From assembly GCA_948466735.1 (NCBI GenBank), contig CAOKBR010000001.1, positions 3,266 through 67,265 of the forward strand: a stretch of DNA of 64,000 nt. The letters run 5' to 3'. Positions within the stretch are counted from its first letter, which is position 1. Each line of letters starts with the position of its first letter. Source of the DNA: an uncultured Mycoplasmatota bacterium. Its GTDB lineage: Bacteria > Bacillota_I > Bacilli_A > RF39 > UBA660. The notes beneath the pieces are model-generated. The model saw nothing but the letters and a program-made list of their open reading frames with translations, did no database searches and had not been told where the DNA came from. Shown here in pieces: positions 40,701 to 52,865 of the stretch. Made by a program: the position numbers and the translations under genes.

Positions 40701-42439
40701 TTATCATTTAAGATAATCACACTAAAGCCCATATTCTTCTTACTTTCTAAAATGTGATTAATAAAATCAAAGTGTCGAACAGCTTTAAAATCGTCAATAA
40801 TTAATAAATAATGAAAAGGTATTGTATCCTCTTCTATTCTTTTTGATAAGTCGTGTTCTAGAAAATAACAAACTTCTTTTATATCGTCAGTATTAGAAGC
40901 AAAAAAACGCATTTTTTTATCATCACGGAAACAGTGAGGTAGAAATTTACTAAACTTCCAATCTTCCTTTTGACATTCATTAGTAAAAATTACAATTTTT
41001 AAATCATCATAAGAATGAAATGCCACAAGTTGTAAAATAATATTTTCAATCAATCTTTGGTTGACCTTTCTATTACCGATGATAGCGACAATATATTGTT
41101 CAACTAATGATAACGTAATAGGAACATCTACTAAATTTTTAGGTTCACTCCCTAGCGAATTTAGCATTTCTCGTAAATTATCTTCTTCTAAAGTAAAATG
41201 TTCTACTGGATAGTCAATACTAATTTTCATTGGAATAGTACCCATTCCAAGGCTTACCGTTAAAAAGTCTTGCTCTTCCTTTTTTCGCTCCCACAAATTA
41301 AATTTTTGATGAAGAATTACTTGTTTACATTCTTCTAGTGATAAATTATTTTCTAATAAAATATGTCTTTGCTGACGAATGGTATCAATAATTACTTGAC
41401 GTTTTTCTTCGATATATTCTCTATATTTCTTTTGACGTTTGGCTTCTTGCTTTTTTTGTTTTCTCTTATCAAAACGATTTGTTACAATAGGCCATAAAAT
41501 AACCGATGACATCATCGCTACACACATGACAATCGATGGTAAGACATTAATTAACTTAGCATTATTGTTTACTACATTATTAACAGCAACTAATCCCATC
41601 ATAGCAGATGACATTCCCATGGTAACCATTGGTCCTATAATAAGTAATAAAGGTCGATCATCTTCATTTACCTTGCTAGGAGGAGGGTCAATCACCATTT
41701 TTAATTCAGTTAAAATCGCCCGAAATCTAGGTTTTTTATGAAAATATGATGAGTCTTGATAAAGTTCTAACTCAATAAGTTCGTCACTTTCATTAACTGG
41801 AGCGATATATTCTTTTATTTGTTCTAAGATTAAAGGCGTTTTACACACCACTTTTTGAAAAGGCGAATTCACATTTAATAAAATTCCATCTTTTTTGATG
41901 ATAAAAACAATCTTTAATCCCATAAAAAATAAAATATCACCCGATGTTAATGCTTTAGGTTCAATTAATAATTGATGATTTAAATATACATTTTGATCAT
42001 GCATAAGATTACTAAGAATATATGATCCATTTTGATAAGTAATCTTTGCTTGAGTTGGCTTTAAGTATTCACTAGGATAGCAAATTGTATCTTCTTTGCT
42101 ACTACCAATAGTAATTTCACTTAGTAGCTCTACACGATAAAAACGATTACTAGAATCTAATAAAGGAGCCATGTATAAATACATTAACTCATGTGTCGAT
42201 ACATTTTCTAACGTATAAAAATGATACTCCTCTAAAACAACACTAGGAATCGTCATTCCCTGTTGTTTTATTGCCACTTCATAATTACTTAGTAAAACCC
42301 AATGATTTTCTTGTGCTACTACATTAATTAAGTTATCTTCACTATTAGCAAATAAATCTTTTATCCAGTAATTACCAAAAACTTGACGAGGAAGGGCAAA
42401 ATTTTTCATTTTTCCATTTTTTATGATGGACCCTTGCAT
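37790..42439 (-). CDS. essC: type VII secretion system FtsK/SpoIIIE-family ATPase EssC (YukB-like)
   Basis: 1549 aa. N-terminal FHA-like region, two TM helices, and three FtsK-type ATPase domains ('GMTGSGKSE', 'GMTGSGKEN', plus a third degenerate one). Confidence 0.9.
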   Translation of the reverse strand: MQGSIIKNGKMKNFALPRQVFGNYWIKDLFANSEDNLINVVAQENHWVLLSNYEVAIKQQGMTIPSVVLEEYHFYTLENVSTHELMYLYMAPLLDSSNRFYRVELLSEITIGSSKEDTICYPSEYLKPTQAKITYQNGSYILSNLMHDQNVYLNHQLLIEPKALTSGDILFFMGLKIVFIIKKDGILLNVNSPFQKVVCKTPLILEQIKEYIAPVNESDELIELELYQDSSYFHKKPRFRAILTELKMVIDPPPSKVNEDDRPLLLIIGPMVTMGMSSAMMGLVAVNNVVNNNAKLINVLPSIVMCVAMMSSVILWPIVTNRFDKRKQKKQEAKRQKKYREYIEEKRQVIIDTIRQQRHILLENNLSLEECKQVILHQKFNLWERKKEEQDFLTVSLGMGTIPMKISIDYPVEHFTLEEDNLREMLNSLGSEPKNLVDVPITLSLVEQYIVAIIGNRKVNQRLIENIILQLVAFHSYDDLKIVIFTNECQKEDWKFSKFLPHCFRDDKKMRFFASNTDDIKEVCYFLEHDLSKRIEEDTIPFHYLLIIDDFKAVRHFDFINHILESKKNMGFSVIILNDNVSTLPTSCQTFIHANSKNSDLFANVLNANTTRFQIDFTTPLELEECARVLANIPLDITLNVEGKLPSKLSFLNMYQIGTVEQLNAISRWQKNNPIQSLQAPIGVGKNQELIRLDLHEKYAGPHGLVAGMTGSGKSELLITYILSMAVNYHPEEVQFILIDYKGGGLSGSLENHLTGERLPHLVGTITNLDATEIKRSFASIDSELKRRQRMFNEARAKSKENTIDIYKYQQLYRAGVVDEAISHLFIITDEFAELKTQQPEFMQQLISTARIGRSLGVHLILATQKPSGIVDNQIWSNTRFRVCLRVQEKSDSTEVIKSPEAALLTQTGRFYLQVGYNEIFVLGQAAWCGATYLPVDKPRKEVDTKLEFIDDIGVIYHEVDVEHKKEKIEAHGEELSNIVTYLIQAAKQINIKVRPLWLEKLPSYIAVQGLIQKYQYQKVKHIINPIVGEYDMPNKQSQSLLTIPFSENGNAIIYGMTGSGKENFLTTLFYSLITTYTTNEVNIYLLDFGSETLKSFENAPQVGDIITVTEDEKMDNFYKMMDDIIEKRKQLFAPFNGTIQGFLQQSGKEIPQIVVVINNYEAYQESFSKYEDEFFQLTREAPKYGIYFVLTINNLNGIRFKVRQNFAMEYVLQQTNVMDYSNILGNVQKMYPSKILGRGLVNLGEIYEFQTAFVSPVDQIPDYIRKVVSHLAEKFEKARSIPILPKRVETKHVYPYLKNGLPILGIAKENLEPLGFNFTKQYVNLILGQDILEFSSFYKALTNELVYLNREQVLVINAEEIVGFKPNAGYSYYEKEFDEIFLWLKKTIDDVFIEYQEKNQNRDFIASRKKIICTIIGFDAFRSKLNEENRSLLASVLEKGKFLGLIHFIIVANVEKAKRLELESWYKNVVNPNYGIYLGNGLGDQFTLKINKVTREHREELPPYFGFVVTRSRPVQVKFIEEFDSTKITSNTTSEANQSGNDNIEEIL

Positions 42440-42539
42440 AACGTTTCCCCTTTTCTCTTTTAAAATTTCATTTTCTTATCCAAAAGATGAACCCAATTAC
42501 TTTTGGATAAAAAAACTTAGTGTTTTTAATTAAGTTTTT

Positions 42540-42839
42540 TTAATTTGAATTTCCAATAACAGATTGATCGACACTGCGATAATTTTCAACAACTTTCATT
42601 AAGTAGCGATGACAATCATCAATTGCTTGGACAAATTGTGGAAATTTTGCGCTTAACGTATCAAATTGTTCTCTAGTGTGACTAGCAGAAACTCCAGCCC
42701 AAATTTCTTCTGTTCCAATTAAACGAAACAAAGATTGGATATCATTATTTAATAATGCATCCATTTGATTAGCAGCAGATTTTAACTGTTCTGCCAAAGA
42801 CATTATTTGTTCATAAGTTAATTTTGAACCACCTAGCAT
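42540..42839 (-). CDS. WXG100-family protein
   Basis: 99 aa, helical, central 'EEIWAGVSA' (W-x-G). Confidence 0.55.
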   Translation of the reverse strand: MLGGSKLTYEQIMSLAEQLKSAANQMDALLNNDIQSLFRLIGTEEIWAGVSASHTREQFDTLSAKFPQFVQAIDDCHRYLMKVVENYRSVDQSVIGNSN

Positions 42840-42853
42840 TTTTTTTCTCCTTT

Positions 42854-43141
42854 CTATAAGTTAATTGCCCCTTCATTATCTTGACATGCTTGTTCGTATG
42901 CAGTTGCTACTCTTACCACCGTTTGTCCTAACTCTTCAATAGTATCAGACAATTTTTGCATGTACTGAGATTGTTCGGTGATTGCATTAGAATACTTCAT
43001 GGCATCACTTCCTTGCCATGCATCTTTTAACTGATTATTAATATTCATAATCTTGTTTAAAAGTTCACGAAATTCTTGACCTTTATTAGCGATTTGATTT
43101 CCTGTAGTTCTAGTTTCTTCGTAATTGATGTTTAAATCCAT
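42854..43141 (-). CDS. esxA: WXG100-family protein, EsxA/ESAT-6-like
   Basis: 95 aa with 'LKDAWQGSDAMKY' placed centrally. Confidence 0.65.
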   Translation of the reverse strand: MDLNINYEETRTTGNQIANKGQEFRELLNKIMNINNQLKDAWQGSDAMKYSNAITEQSQYMQKLSDTIEELGQTVVRVATAYEQACQDNEGAINL

Positions 43142-43243
43142 ATTGCCACCCCCTTTCCATCCTTAGCCTCTTTACTAATTCTATAATCTTATATAAATTA
43201 TATCATAAAAAAGTAAATTCAAGCAACCATTCTTTTTTGATGA

Positions 43244-44968
43244 TTATTTGTTTTTGATAAAATTAAGATATTTATCATAAGAACTATCTTTCATGTTATC
43301 AACGTATTTATACCACCAATCGTATTCTGTTCCTTGACTATCTTTATAATGGTTTGGATTTTGTACCCAGTTATTATCGTAAATATTACTTCCCTTTGCT
43401 GGTACCCATTCTGCATTAGCTCCATTATATAAAGGGTTCATGTTATAGGCTAAACTTTTTTCAGGATCATAGTAACTTTGTTCTTTTACCCAATCTAAGT
43501 AAGATTCCATTAACTTGGCTTGGGCATCTGTTCCATTTTCAATACTAGCAATAATATCGACATTACCATTTTCATCTAATACAGAAAAATCTTTATAATC
43601 TCCATTAGCACGCAAACCACCATAATTAAATTTATTTTGGGCAAGATTACTAGCGCCTAATCCACCTTCGAAATCCATAATCGCAAGAATTGTTGCTACG
43701 GTATCTTTATCTTCTATTCCATGACTAGCTAATGCATCAACCATTTTCATGCGAACTATATCAGGATTAATAATTTGCTTGCCCTTATATTCAGTGTAAA
43801 ACATATCATCGGTAACATTGATTTCTACCTTTGGCACTTTTTCACTACTTTCCTTTTCGTTTGTATTTTTATGATCAACTTTTTTCTCTTCCTTAAGGAC
43901 TGTTACTATTTTAGCAGGTTCAGTAAATAAGGAAGCTTTAGCATCGGTAGTAACACCTTCTGATTCCTTTAAACGATTAACATCCATCGCTCCAGCAAAA
44001 ATATTTTTAAATTCTTCTAGTTGAATATCTGCTAAATGATAAGTAGCATAAGCACGTATTCCTGTTTCTAGACCACTGGCCATTTTATGTTCAGATAAAG
44101 CATCTTCCAGCGCTTCAATGTTTTCAATGTAAGCATTCCACCACGAATGAATATTGCTATAACCTTGATTTACTGCTTCATAAAACTCTTTTAATTCTCC
44201 TGCTACTCGGTTGTTATTAGCATCTTCACCATTAATAGCTCCACAGCTTAAATATTCCTGATAACTATTTGCATACTCATTCATTCGTTCATTAAATGTT
44301 GCAAAGGTATCTTTTAATCCTTGCATATTGACCAAAAATTCATTTTCATTAAATGAATTAAAATAATCAATCGTATCAGCGCTTTTATAAGAAGACATAC
44401 TAGATTTGATAGAAAAATTTTCAATTACTATTAATTGTGCGTTTAATTTTTCTAAAACAATCGTTAATGCAGCGTTAGCTTTTTCAATTTCTTGCTCTAG
44501 CCTTGAAATTTCTGCTGCTACTTCTGGGACAATCACTTGTTTTGTTACAGTATTTCCGTTTTCATCAGTTACAGTGATGGTACGATATAGTTTAGGTAGT
44601 AGTGAAGATATTTCAGCTTGCATAGCATCAATACTTCCTTGAATGGTTTTTGCCTCTGCTTCATAACTTTTATAAGTATCTACATGATCTAAAAACTCAT
44701 TATATGACATTAATCCTGCCACTAAATCTTGATAACGATTTCCAAGTTGTCCCATTAAGCTAGATAATTTACTAGCACTTTCACACCTTGCTACGCTAGG
44801 AGTAGAAATTTGATGAGCCATCTCTTTTGTTTTTGCACGTGATGCTGTTGCTATAGCGTTTGAAGTCATTGTTCTAGTGACATTAGAATCAAAAGAAACT
44901 TTCCCTACTACTCTTGATGCTGCAAGCCTTTGAGCATCAACTTGGTTGTTTAACTGATAATTTCTCAT
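43244..44968 (-). CDS. T7SS-associated large helical protein with a C-terminal GH73 glucosaminidase-like (FlgJ/AcmA-type) domain
   Basis: 574 aa with no TM segment. The long N-terminal region is helical and coiled-coil. The C-terminus 'MDFEGGLGASNLAQNKFNYGGLRA' matches the GH73 core 'ILESGSGTSALAQNHNNLFGIK'. Confidence 0.5.
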   Translation of the reverse strand: MRNYQLNNQVDAQRLAASRVVGKVSFDSNVTRTMTSNAIATASRAKTKEMAHQISTPSVARCESASKLSSLMGQLGNRYQDLVAGLMSYNEFLDHVDTYKSYEAEAKTIQGSIDAMQAEISSLLPKLYRTITVTDENGNTVTKQVIVPEVAAEISRLEQEIEKANAALTIVLEKLNAQLIVIENFSIKSSMSSYKSADTIDYFNSFNENEFLVNMQGLKDTFATFNERMNEYANSYQEYLSCGAINGEDANNNRVAGELKEFYEAVNQGYSNIHSWWNAYIENIEALEDALSEHKMASGLETGIRAYATYHLADIQLEEFKNIFAGAMDVNRLKESEGVTTDAKASLFTEPAKIVTVLKEEKKVDHKNTNEKESSEKVPKVEINVTDDMFYTEYKGKQIINPDIVRMKMVDALASHGIEDKDTVATILAIMDFEGGLGASNLAQNKFNYGGLRANGDYKDFSVLDENGNVDIIASIENGTDAQAKLMESYLDWVKEQSYYDPEKSLAYNMNPLYNGANAEWVPAKGSNIYDNNWVQNPNHYKDSQGTEYDWWYKYVDNMKDSSYDKYLNFIKNK

Positions 44969-44980
44969 TACTGTACACCT

Positions 44981-45289
44981 CTATTCAATATAAAAACTAT
45001 CGTCCATAGTAGACATAATTTTTTTATCTAATTGTTGATAATTTTCTTTCGTTTTTTGTAAAACACTAATACATTTTCTTAATTCAACATCTACACTTTC
45101 TATACTATTTACAAAATTTGTTAAACGATTAGCATAGAAATCAGCAGCCCTACCTTGCCATAGACTTTTTTGATTTATTGTATTTGATACTTGTTTTACT
45201 TGTTCTAGCGTATGATTGATATCTTCTACAATGGAAGTAAATTCCACAATACAAGAATCAACTTTTTCATAAGACATTTTCTCTTTCAT
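44981..45289 (-). CDS. small WXG100-like helical protein
   Basis: Start refined to 'MKEKMSYEKV' after GGAG. Central 'SLWQGRAADFY' W-x-G motif. Confidence 0.45.
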   Translation of the reverse strand: MKEKMSYEKVDSCIVEFTSIVEDINHTLEQVKQVSNTINQKSLWQGRAADFYANRLTNFVNSIESVDVELRKCISVLQKTKENYQQLDKKIMSTMDDSFYIE

Positions 45290-45299
45290 GATTATCTCC

Positions 45300-45593
45300 T
45301 TATATGTTGATGTTTCTTTGGGCAAATGTTTTATCTAATAGTTCATATGCTCCTGGTACTTTATTTAAATATGTTCCATAGTGATTAATTTGTTTGGCTA
45401 ACTCTTGTAATCCAATGATATATTTGCTACGGATAGCATCTTGGTAAATATTAGCATCTTCCCCACTCCATGCTTCTTGTAACTGCTCCAGCAATTGATT
45501 TAATTGTTGGATTTTTTGATTAATTTGATTTGAACACTCCATTAATTCTAATCCCAAATGACGAATTTCTTCTTTTTTAATTTCAGTAATCAT
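45300..45593 (-). CDS. small WXG100-like helical protein
   Basis: Start refined to 'MITEIKKEE' after AAAGGA. Central 'QEAWSGEDANIY' W-x-G motif. Confidence 0.5.
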   Translation of the reverse strand: MITEIKKEEIRHLGLELMECSNQINQKIQQLNQLLEQLQEAWSGEDANIYQDAIRSKYIIGLQELAKQINHYGTYLNKVPGAYELLDKTFAQRNINI

Positions 45594-45606
45594 AAATATA
45601 TCCTTT

Positions 45607-45861
45607 CTATAACAATATGAGTTTAGTACCATTCCGAATATCTGTTTGTTCTAAAAGCATTTGATCTAAATATTCTTCATGAGTAATTTGATTGAGTAGA
45701 GTATAGGCATATGTCGAGATATACCTTCCATCAGATAATTCGCCAACGGCCTTTTTTAATAATTTTTTAATCGAACCTATGGTTAATTGAATAGGTAAAA
45801 ATATATCGTATTCTTCTTCAATCAAAGGGACAAATAGACGCACCAATACTTTGTTTTTCAA
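45607..45861 (-). CDS. esaB: EsaB/YukD-like small ubiquitin-fold T7SS protein
   Basis: 84 aa, GGAGG RBS, first gene of the cluster. Size and position match YukD/EsaB. The sequence match itself is weak. Confidence 0.45.
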   Translation of the reverse strand: MKNKVLVRLFVPLIEEEYDIFLPIQLTIGSIKKLLKKAVGELSDGRYISTYAYTLLNQITHEEYLDQMLLEQTDIRNGTKLILL

Positions 45862-45923
45862 AATCTATCCTCCTATTTCATCTTTATTAATCGTATCATA
45901 ACTTTCTAATTTTGTAAATTTAT

Positions 45924-45952
45924 TTGCAATAAAAATGTGAATCCGCTATAAT
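45924..45952 (+). promoter_or_regulatory. sigma-A type promoter TTGCAA-17-TATAAT for rarA
   Basis: Direct reading of the sequence. Confidence 0.4.
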
Positions 45953-45969
45953 AGGAAACGGTGATAAAT

Positions 45970-47202
45970 ATGTGTAGTCTTTTAGCGCAAAAATTAGCAC
46001 CTAAGACAATTAATGGGGTCATTGGACAAAAGCATTTACTAGGAGAAAATAAAATTTTAAGAAATTTGGTGGAAAATAAAAAGTTGTTTTCGATGATTTT
46101 ATATGGAAAACCAGGAATTGGAAAAACATCTATTGCCCTTGCTATGGTAAATGATTTGGGTGTTCGATATCGTATGCTTAATGCGACGATTAATAATAAA
46201 AAAGATTTTGATGTTGTTGTTGAAGAAGCTAAGGTGTATGATGATGGTATTGTGTTAATTATGGATGAAATTCATCGAATGAATAAGGATAAACAAGATT
46301 TACTTCTTCCACAGTTAGAAAGTGGTAGAATCACTTTAATTGGAATGACGACAAGTAATCCGTATCACGCGATTAATCCAGCGATAAGAAGTAGATGTCA
46401 TTTATTTGAGTTACATGAGTTATCAAGTGATGAAATTATCGAGGGCTTGGAAAAAGCGTGTATTTCTGAATATTTAAAAGGAATTGAAATAGATAAGGAT
46501 GCTATTTTACAAATTGCCAGTTTATCAGGAAGAGATTTACGATATGCTTATAATTTATTAGAGATGGCCTACTTTTCAACAAAAGATCAAAAAGTAACGC
46601 TTGATGTGATTAAGTCGATTAATAGTAAACCAGTAATTTTTCATGATAAAGATGGTGATGGATATTATGATGTGCTAAGTGCTTTGCAAAAGTCGATTCG
46701 AGGAAGCGATGTTAATGCTAGCCTACATTATTTAGCAAGATTAATTGAAGCGGAAGATTTGGATAGTATTTTTAGAAGGTTAAGTGTTATCGCTTATGAA
46801 GATATTGGATTAGCTAACCCTAATATTGGATCTCATGTGATGGCAGCAATTCACGCAGCTAATTTAGTAGGACTTCCTGAAGCTAGGATTCCATTAGGTA
46901 CCTTAGTAGCAGAAATGGCTCTATCTCCAAAATCAAATACAGCACACCTTGCCTTAGATAGAGCCCTAAGTGATTTAGAAACAGGGAAATGTGGAAATGT
47001 GCCTGATCACATAAAAACAACATCTACTACTTATTTATATCCGCATGACTTTCCTAATCACTGGATAAGTCAGCAGTACTTACCAGATAACATGGTCAAT
47101 AAGAAGTATTATCATCCATCTAGTATGGGTATGGAAAAAAGTTTTAAGCAAGTTTATGAAAATATTGAAAAACAAAAGAAAGACACCAAACAGCAAAAAT
47201 AG
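45970..47202 (+). CDS. rarA: replication-associated recombination protein A (AAA+ ATPase)
   Basis: 'GKPGIGKTS' Walker A, 'IMDEIHR', and a MgsA C-terminal domain. Start refined to the ATG after GGTGA. Confidence 0.85.
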   Translation: MCSLLAQKLAPKTINGVIGQKHLLGENKILRNLVENKKLFSMILYGKPGIGKTSIALAMVNDLGVRYRMLNATINNKKDFDVVVEEAKVYDDGIVLIMDEIHRMNKDKQDLLLPQLESGRITLIGMTTSNPYHAINPAIRSRCHLFELHELSSDEIIEGLEKACISEYLKGIEIDKDAILQIASLSGRDLRYAYNLLEMAYFSTKDQKVTLDVIKSINSKPVIFHDKDGDGYYDVLSALQKSIRGSDVNASLHYLARLIEAEDLDSIFRRLSVIAYEDIGLANPNIGSHVMAAIHAANLVGLPEARIPLGTLVAEMALSPKSNTAHLALDRALSDLETGKCGNVPDHIKTTSTTYLYPHDFPNHWISQQYLPDNMVNKKYYHPSSMGMEKSFKQVYENIEKQKKDTKQQK

Positions 47203-47380
47203 TACAAAAGAAAAACGTTGAGGGAACCTTAGCGTTTTTTGTTGATTAAATTATATAAATATTTTAAAATTCATCAAAACTTCCAACAAATTCATTCATT
47301 TTCATATTAATTATAGTATACCGCAGATACTAAAAATACAAACAGATATCAAAAAAATAAGTAAAATAGCATTTTCATAC

Positions 47381-47402
47381 AAAAAAACGTACATTTTGTA
47401 CG
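47381..47402 (-). terminator. terminator after dnaJ
   Basis: Minus strand reads cgtaca-aaa-tgtacg followed by ttttttt. Confidence 0.45.
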
Positions 47403-47426
47403 AATTTTTAAAAATCATTTTAGAAT

Positions 47427-48545
47427 TTATCCATTTCTATCAACGAATTTTTTGAATTTACCAATTTCATTGTCTTCCAACTCAGTCTTTTCTAATTGCT
47501 CGAATAACTTCTTTTGATCGCGTGATAACTTCTTAGGCGTAATCACTTTCATGATAAAGTACATATCTCCTTTATGATGATCAGATACATTGTTAACACC
47601 TTTTCCTTTAATTCGTTGACGATCCCCATAGTCTGTTCCTGATGGAATAGTAAGTTTAACATTTCCATATAACGTTGGTACTTCTTTTTTACATCCAAGA
47701 ACTGCTTCAGTAATGGTTAGAGGAACTTCTAGGTAAATATCATCCCCTTCACGAACAAAGTAATCATGAGTTGCTACTTGAAACTCTAAATATAAGTCCC
47801 CATTACTTCCTCCGTTAGTTCCTGCTTCTCCTTTTCCTGCTACACGAAGACGATCGTTAGTTGCAACTCCAGCTGGAATGGTTACTGAAATCGTTTTATG
47901 GGCGCGAACTTTACCTTTTCCCTTACAATTAGAACAAGCTCGCTCATAAGATTTACCCTTTCCTTTACACTTTGGACAAGTTGTTTTCGTTAAGAAAGAT
48001 CCTAAGATGGTGTGTTGCTCACTAGTAATGGTACCTGATCCGTGACACTCATCACAAGTTTTCTCTCCAAAACCACCTTTTCCGTCACATTCCTTACAGT
48101 TTTCAGTAACATCTAATTCAATATCACGATTTGTTCCAAAGATAGCTTCCTCAAAGGATAATTTGATGCGCATTAAGGTATCTGCTCCACGACTAGCGCG
48201 ACTTGCTCTAGAACCACCGCCGAAACCAAATCCTGCTCCACCGAAGATATTATCAAAGATGTCTCCAAAATCAAATCCTGATGCATCAAATCCACCGAAG
48301 CCTCCAGCACCACCTGATGCTTGATCAAACGCTGCATGACCAAATTGATCATATTGACGGCGTTTAGCATCATCCGATAACACCGCGTACGCTTCTTGTA
48401 TTTCTTTAAATTTTTCTTCAGAACCAGCTTCTTTATTAATATCAGGGTGATATTGTTTTGCTAATTTTCTAAAAGCAGATTTGATTTCATCACTTGATGC
48501 ACTCTTAGAGACACCTAAGACTTCATAATAATCTTTTTTTCCCAT
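47427..48545 (-). CDS. dnaJ: molecular chaperone DnaJ
   Basis: J-domain 'YHPDINKE', a G/F-rich linker, and four CxxCxGxG zinc-finger repeats. Confidence 0.95.
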   Translation of the reverse strand: MGKKDYYEVLGVSKSASSDEIKSAFRKLAKQYHPDINKEAGSEEKFKEIQEAYAVLSDDAKRRQYDQFGHAAFDQASGGAGGFGGFDASGFDFGDIFDNIFGGAGFGFGGGSRASRASRGADTLMRIKLSFEEAIFGTNRDIELDVTENCKECDGKGGFGEKTCDECHGSGTITSEQHTILGSFLTKTTCPKCKGKGKSYERACSNCKGKGKVRAHKTISVTIPAGVATNDRLRVAGKGEAGTNGGSNGDLYLEFQVATHDYFVREGDDIYLEVPLTITEAVLGCKKEVPTLYGNVKLTIPSGTDYGDRQRIKGKGVNNVSDHHKGDMYFIMKVITPKKLSRDQKKLFEQLEKTELEDNEIGKFKKFVDRNG

Positions 48546-48556
48546 TGTTTCACATC

Positions 48557-50359
48557 CTAACTTTTGTTTACTTCAATAAATTGATTGATAACATCTTGAA
48601 ATAACTCTAAGGCACTTTCAATATATTTAGAGTCTTCTATATCAATATCAATGGTTTTTAATAAGGCAATTGGATAATCTTTACCACCGGATTTTAAGAA
48701 GTTAATGTATTTTTCTACATAAGTACTACCTTGTTCATTAATATTTTTTATAATTTGGCTAGCAATCGATAATCCTGTTGCATACTGATAAACATAAAAT
48801 GGTGTATAAAAGTGAGGAATTCTCTCCCATTCATAGCGAATTAAATCATCAACCACAACGTCTTTTCCAAAATATTCTTGGTTTAGTTGATAATAGTAAT
48901 CACTTAAATAATCGTTAGTAAGTACCTTACCTTCTTCTACACTTTTATGAGCAAACATTTCAAACTCAGCAAACATCGTTTGACGATAGATGGTACTTTT
49001 AAATAAGTCCATCATAGCACTTAATATTTCTAACTTTTCTTGTTTACTACTAGAGTGCTTTAACATATGTTGATAAAACAATAACTCATTTACAGTACTT
49101 GCAATCTCAGCCGTAAAAATAACGTAGCTATGATCTTCGTATGTATTATATTTTCTTGAATAGTAACTGTGCATAGAATGACCTAGTTCGTGGGCAATTG
49201 TGGACACATCATCAATATTTCCATTATAGTTTAATAAAACATATGGTAAGCTATCGTAACATCCCCAAGAGTATGCACCTGTTCTTTTTCCAATATTCGG
49301 ATACTTATCAATCCAACGGTCAGTAAAAGCATGATTTAGTTGTTCTTGATACTCATTTCCTAAGACACTTAAGGCACTTAACACAAGATTTTTTGCTTCA
49401 TCAAAAGAATACTTTCTACTTTCTCCTTCAATTAAAGGAACATAAGCATCATATAAATGAAACTCATCTAAATTTAAGACTTCTTTTTTTAGTTTAAAAT
49501 ATTGGTATAGTGGCTTAAAATTCTTTTTTACGGTATCAATTAAGGTTTGATAGACGCTTATTTCTAAATTATCATCATATAATGCTTCACTTAATGAACT
49601 ATCGTACCCTCTTACTTTAGCATTCGTACAAGCTAATTTCACTTCTGCTTCATAAGTAGAGGCAAAAGTATTTTTATAACTAGCATACGCTTGATATAAA
49701 GTAGTAAATGCTTCCTTTCGAACACTACGATTTTTAGATTCAATAAGCCCACTATAGGTACTTTCTCTTAAAGTGATTTCTTCATCTTTTTCATTATGTA
49801 CTTTTCCAAGAAGCATATCCGCATTTCGTAGAAGCGATGAAGTTTTGCTACTAGCGTTAAAGATAGAGCGAAAAGAGGATAAAAGTTGCTCTTCTTTTTC
49901 AGATAAGGTGTGCTTTTGATAACGAAATAATTGCTCAAGTACGCGCCTAAATTGGGATAATCCAGTTTCTTCATTAATGTACTTTGTTATTACTTCTTTA
50001 TCCATTTTTAATAAACTAGGTTGAAAGAAAGCCATCGCTTCTTGATATTTTGATGATAATTGCTCTACTTTTCCACTTAACGCTAAATAAGTAGCATCTC
50101 CTTTATCTTGATCACTTTTCATTGATGAGTAGACAATTAATTTATCTAGTTTTCTACTAATCATACTATCTAAGAGTAAGAAAGATAAAAGATTTTTACT
50201 AGAACTTAGACAAGTATCTTGTTGCTCTTTTATTTTTGCAATCATTTCTTCTACAGTCTTAAATTCTTGTTCTACTTCTAAATTACTAGGATAAATTTTC
50301 TCTAAATCCCAAGTATCTTCTTTTACTACTTCACTACGTTTTGGCATCGTTTTATTCAT
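48557..50359 (-). CDS. pepF: oligoendopeptidase F (M3B)
   Basis: 600 aa with the 'HELGHSMH' zinc motif. Confidence 0.85.
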   Translation of the reverse strand: MNKTMPKRSEVVKEDTWDLEKIYPSNLEVEQEFKTVEEMIAKIKEQQDTCLSSSKNLLSFLLLDSMISRKLDKLIVYSSMKSDQDKGDATYLALSGKVEQLSSKYQEAMAFFQPSLLKMDKEVITKYINEETGLSQFRRVLEQLFRYQKHTLSEKEEQLLSSFRSIFNASSKTSSLLRNADMLLGKVHNEKDEEITLRESTYSGLIESKNRSVRKEAFTTLYQAYASYKNTFASTYEAEVKLACTNAKVRGYDSSLSEALYDDNLEISVYQTLIDTVKKNFKPLYQYFKLKKEVLNLDEFHLYDAYVPLIEGESRKYSFDEAKNLVLSALSVLGNEYQEQLNHAFTDRWIDKYPNIGKRTGAYSWGCYDSLPYVLLNYNGNIDDVSTIAHELGHSMHSYYSRKYNTYEDHSYVIFTAEIASTVNELLFYQHMLKHSSSKQEKLEILSAMMDLFKSTIYRQTMFAEFEMFAHKSVEEGKVLTNDYLSDYYYQLNQEYFGKDVVVDDLIRYEWERIPHFYTPFYVYQYATGLSIASQIIKNINEQGSTYVEKYINFLKSGGKDYPIALLKTIDIDIEDSKYIESALELFQDVINQFIEVNKS

Positions 50360-50416
50360 TTAAAGTTTTCCTTCCTATATACACTTGAAAGTTCTAGTTA
50401 CCTAGAACTTTTATCA

Positions 50417-52856
<2,440 letters not shown>

Positions 52857-52865
52857 TTTATCTCC

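Noticed and set aside
41439-41741. 100-aa plus-strand ORF inside essC
   Set aside because: Antisense to EssC, whose protein-level signal is strong.
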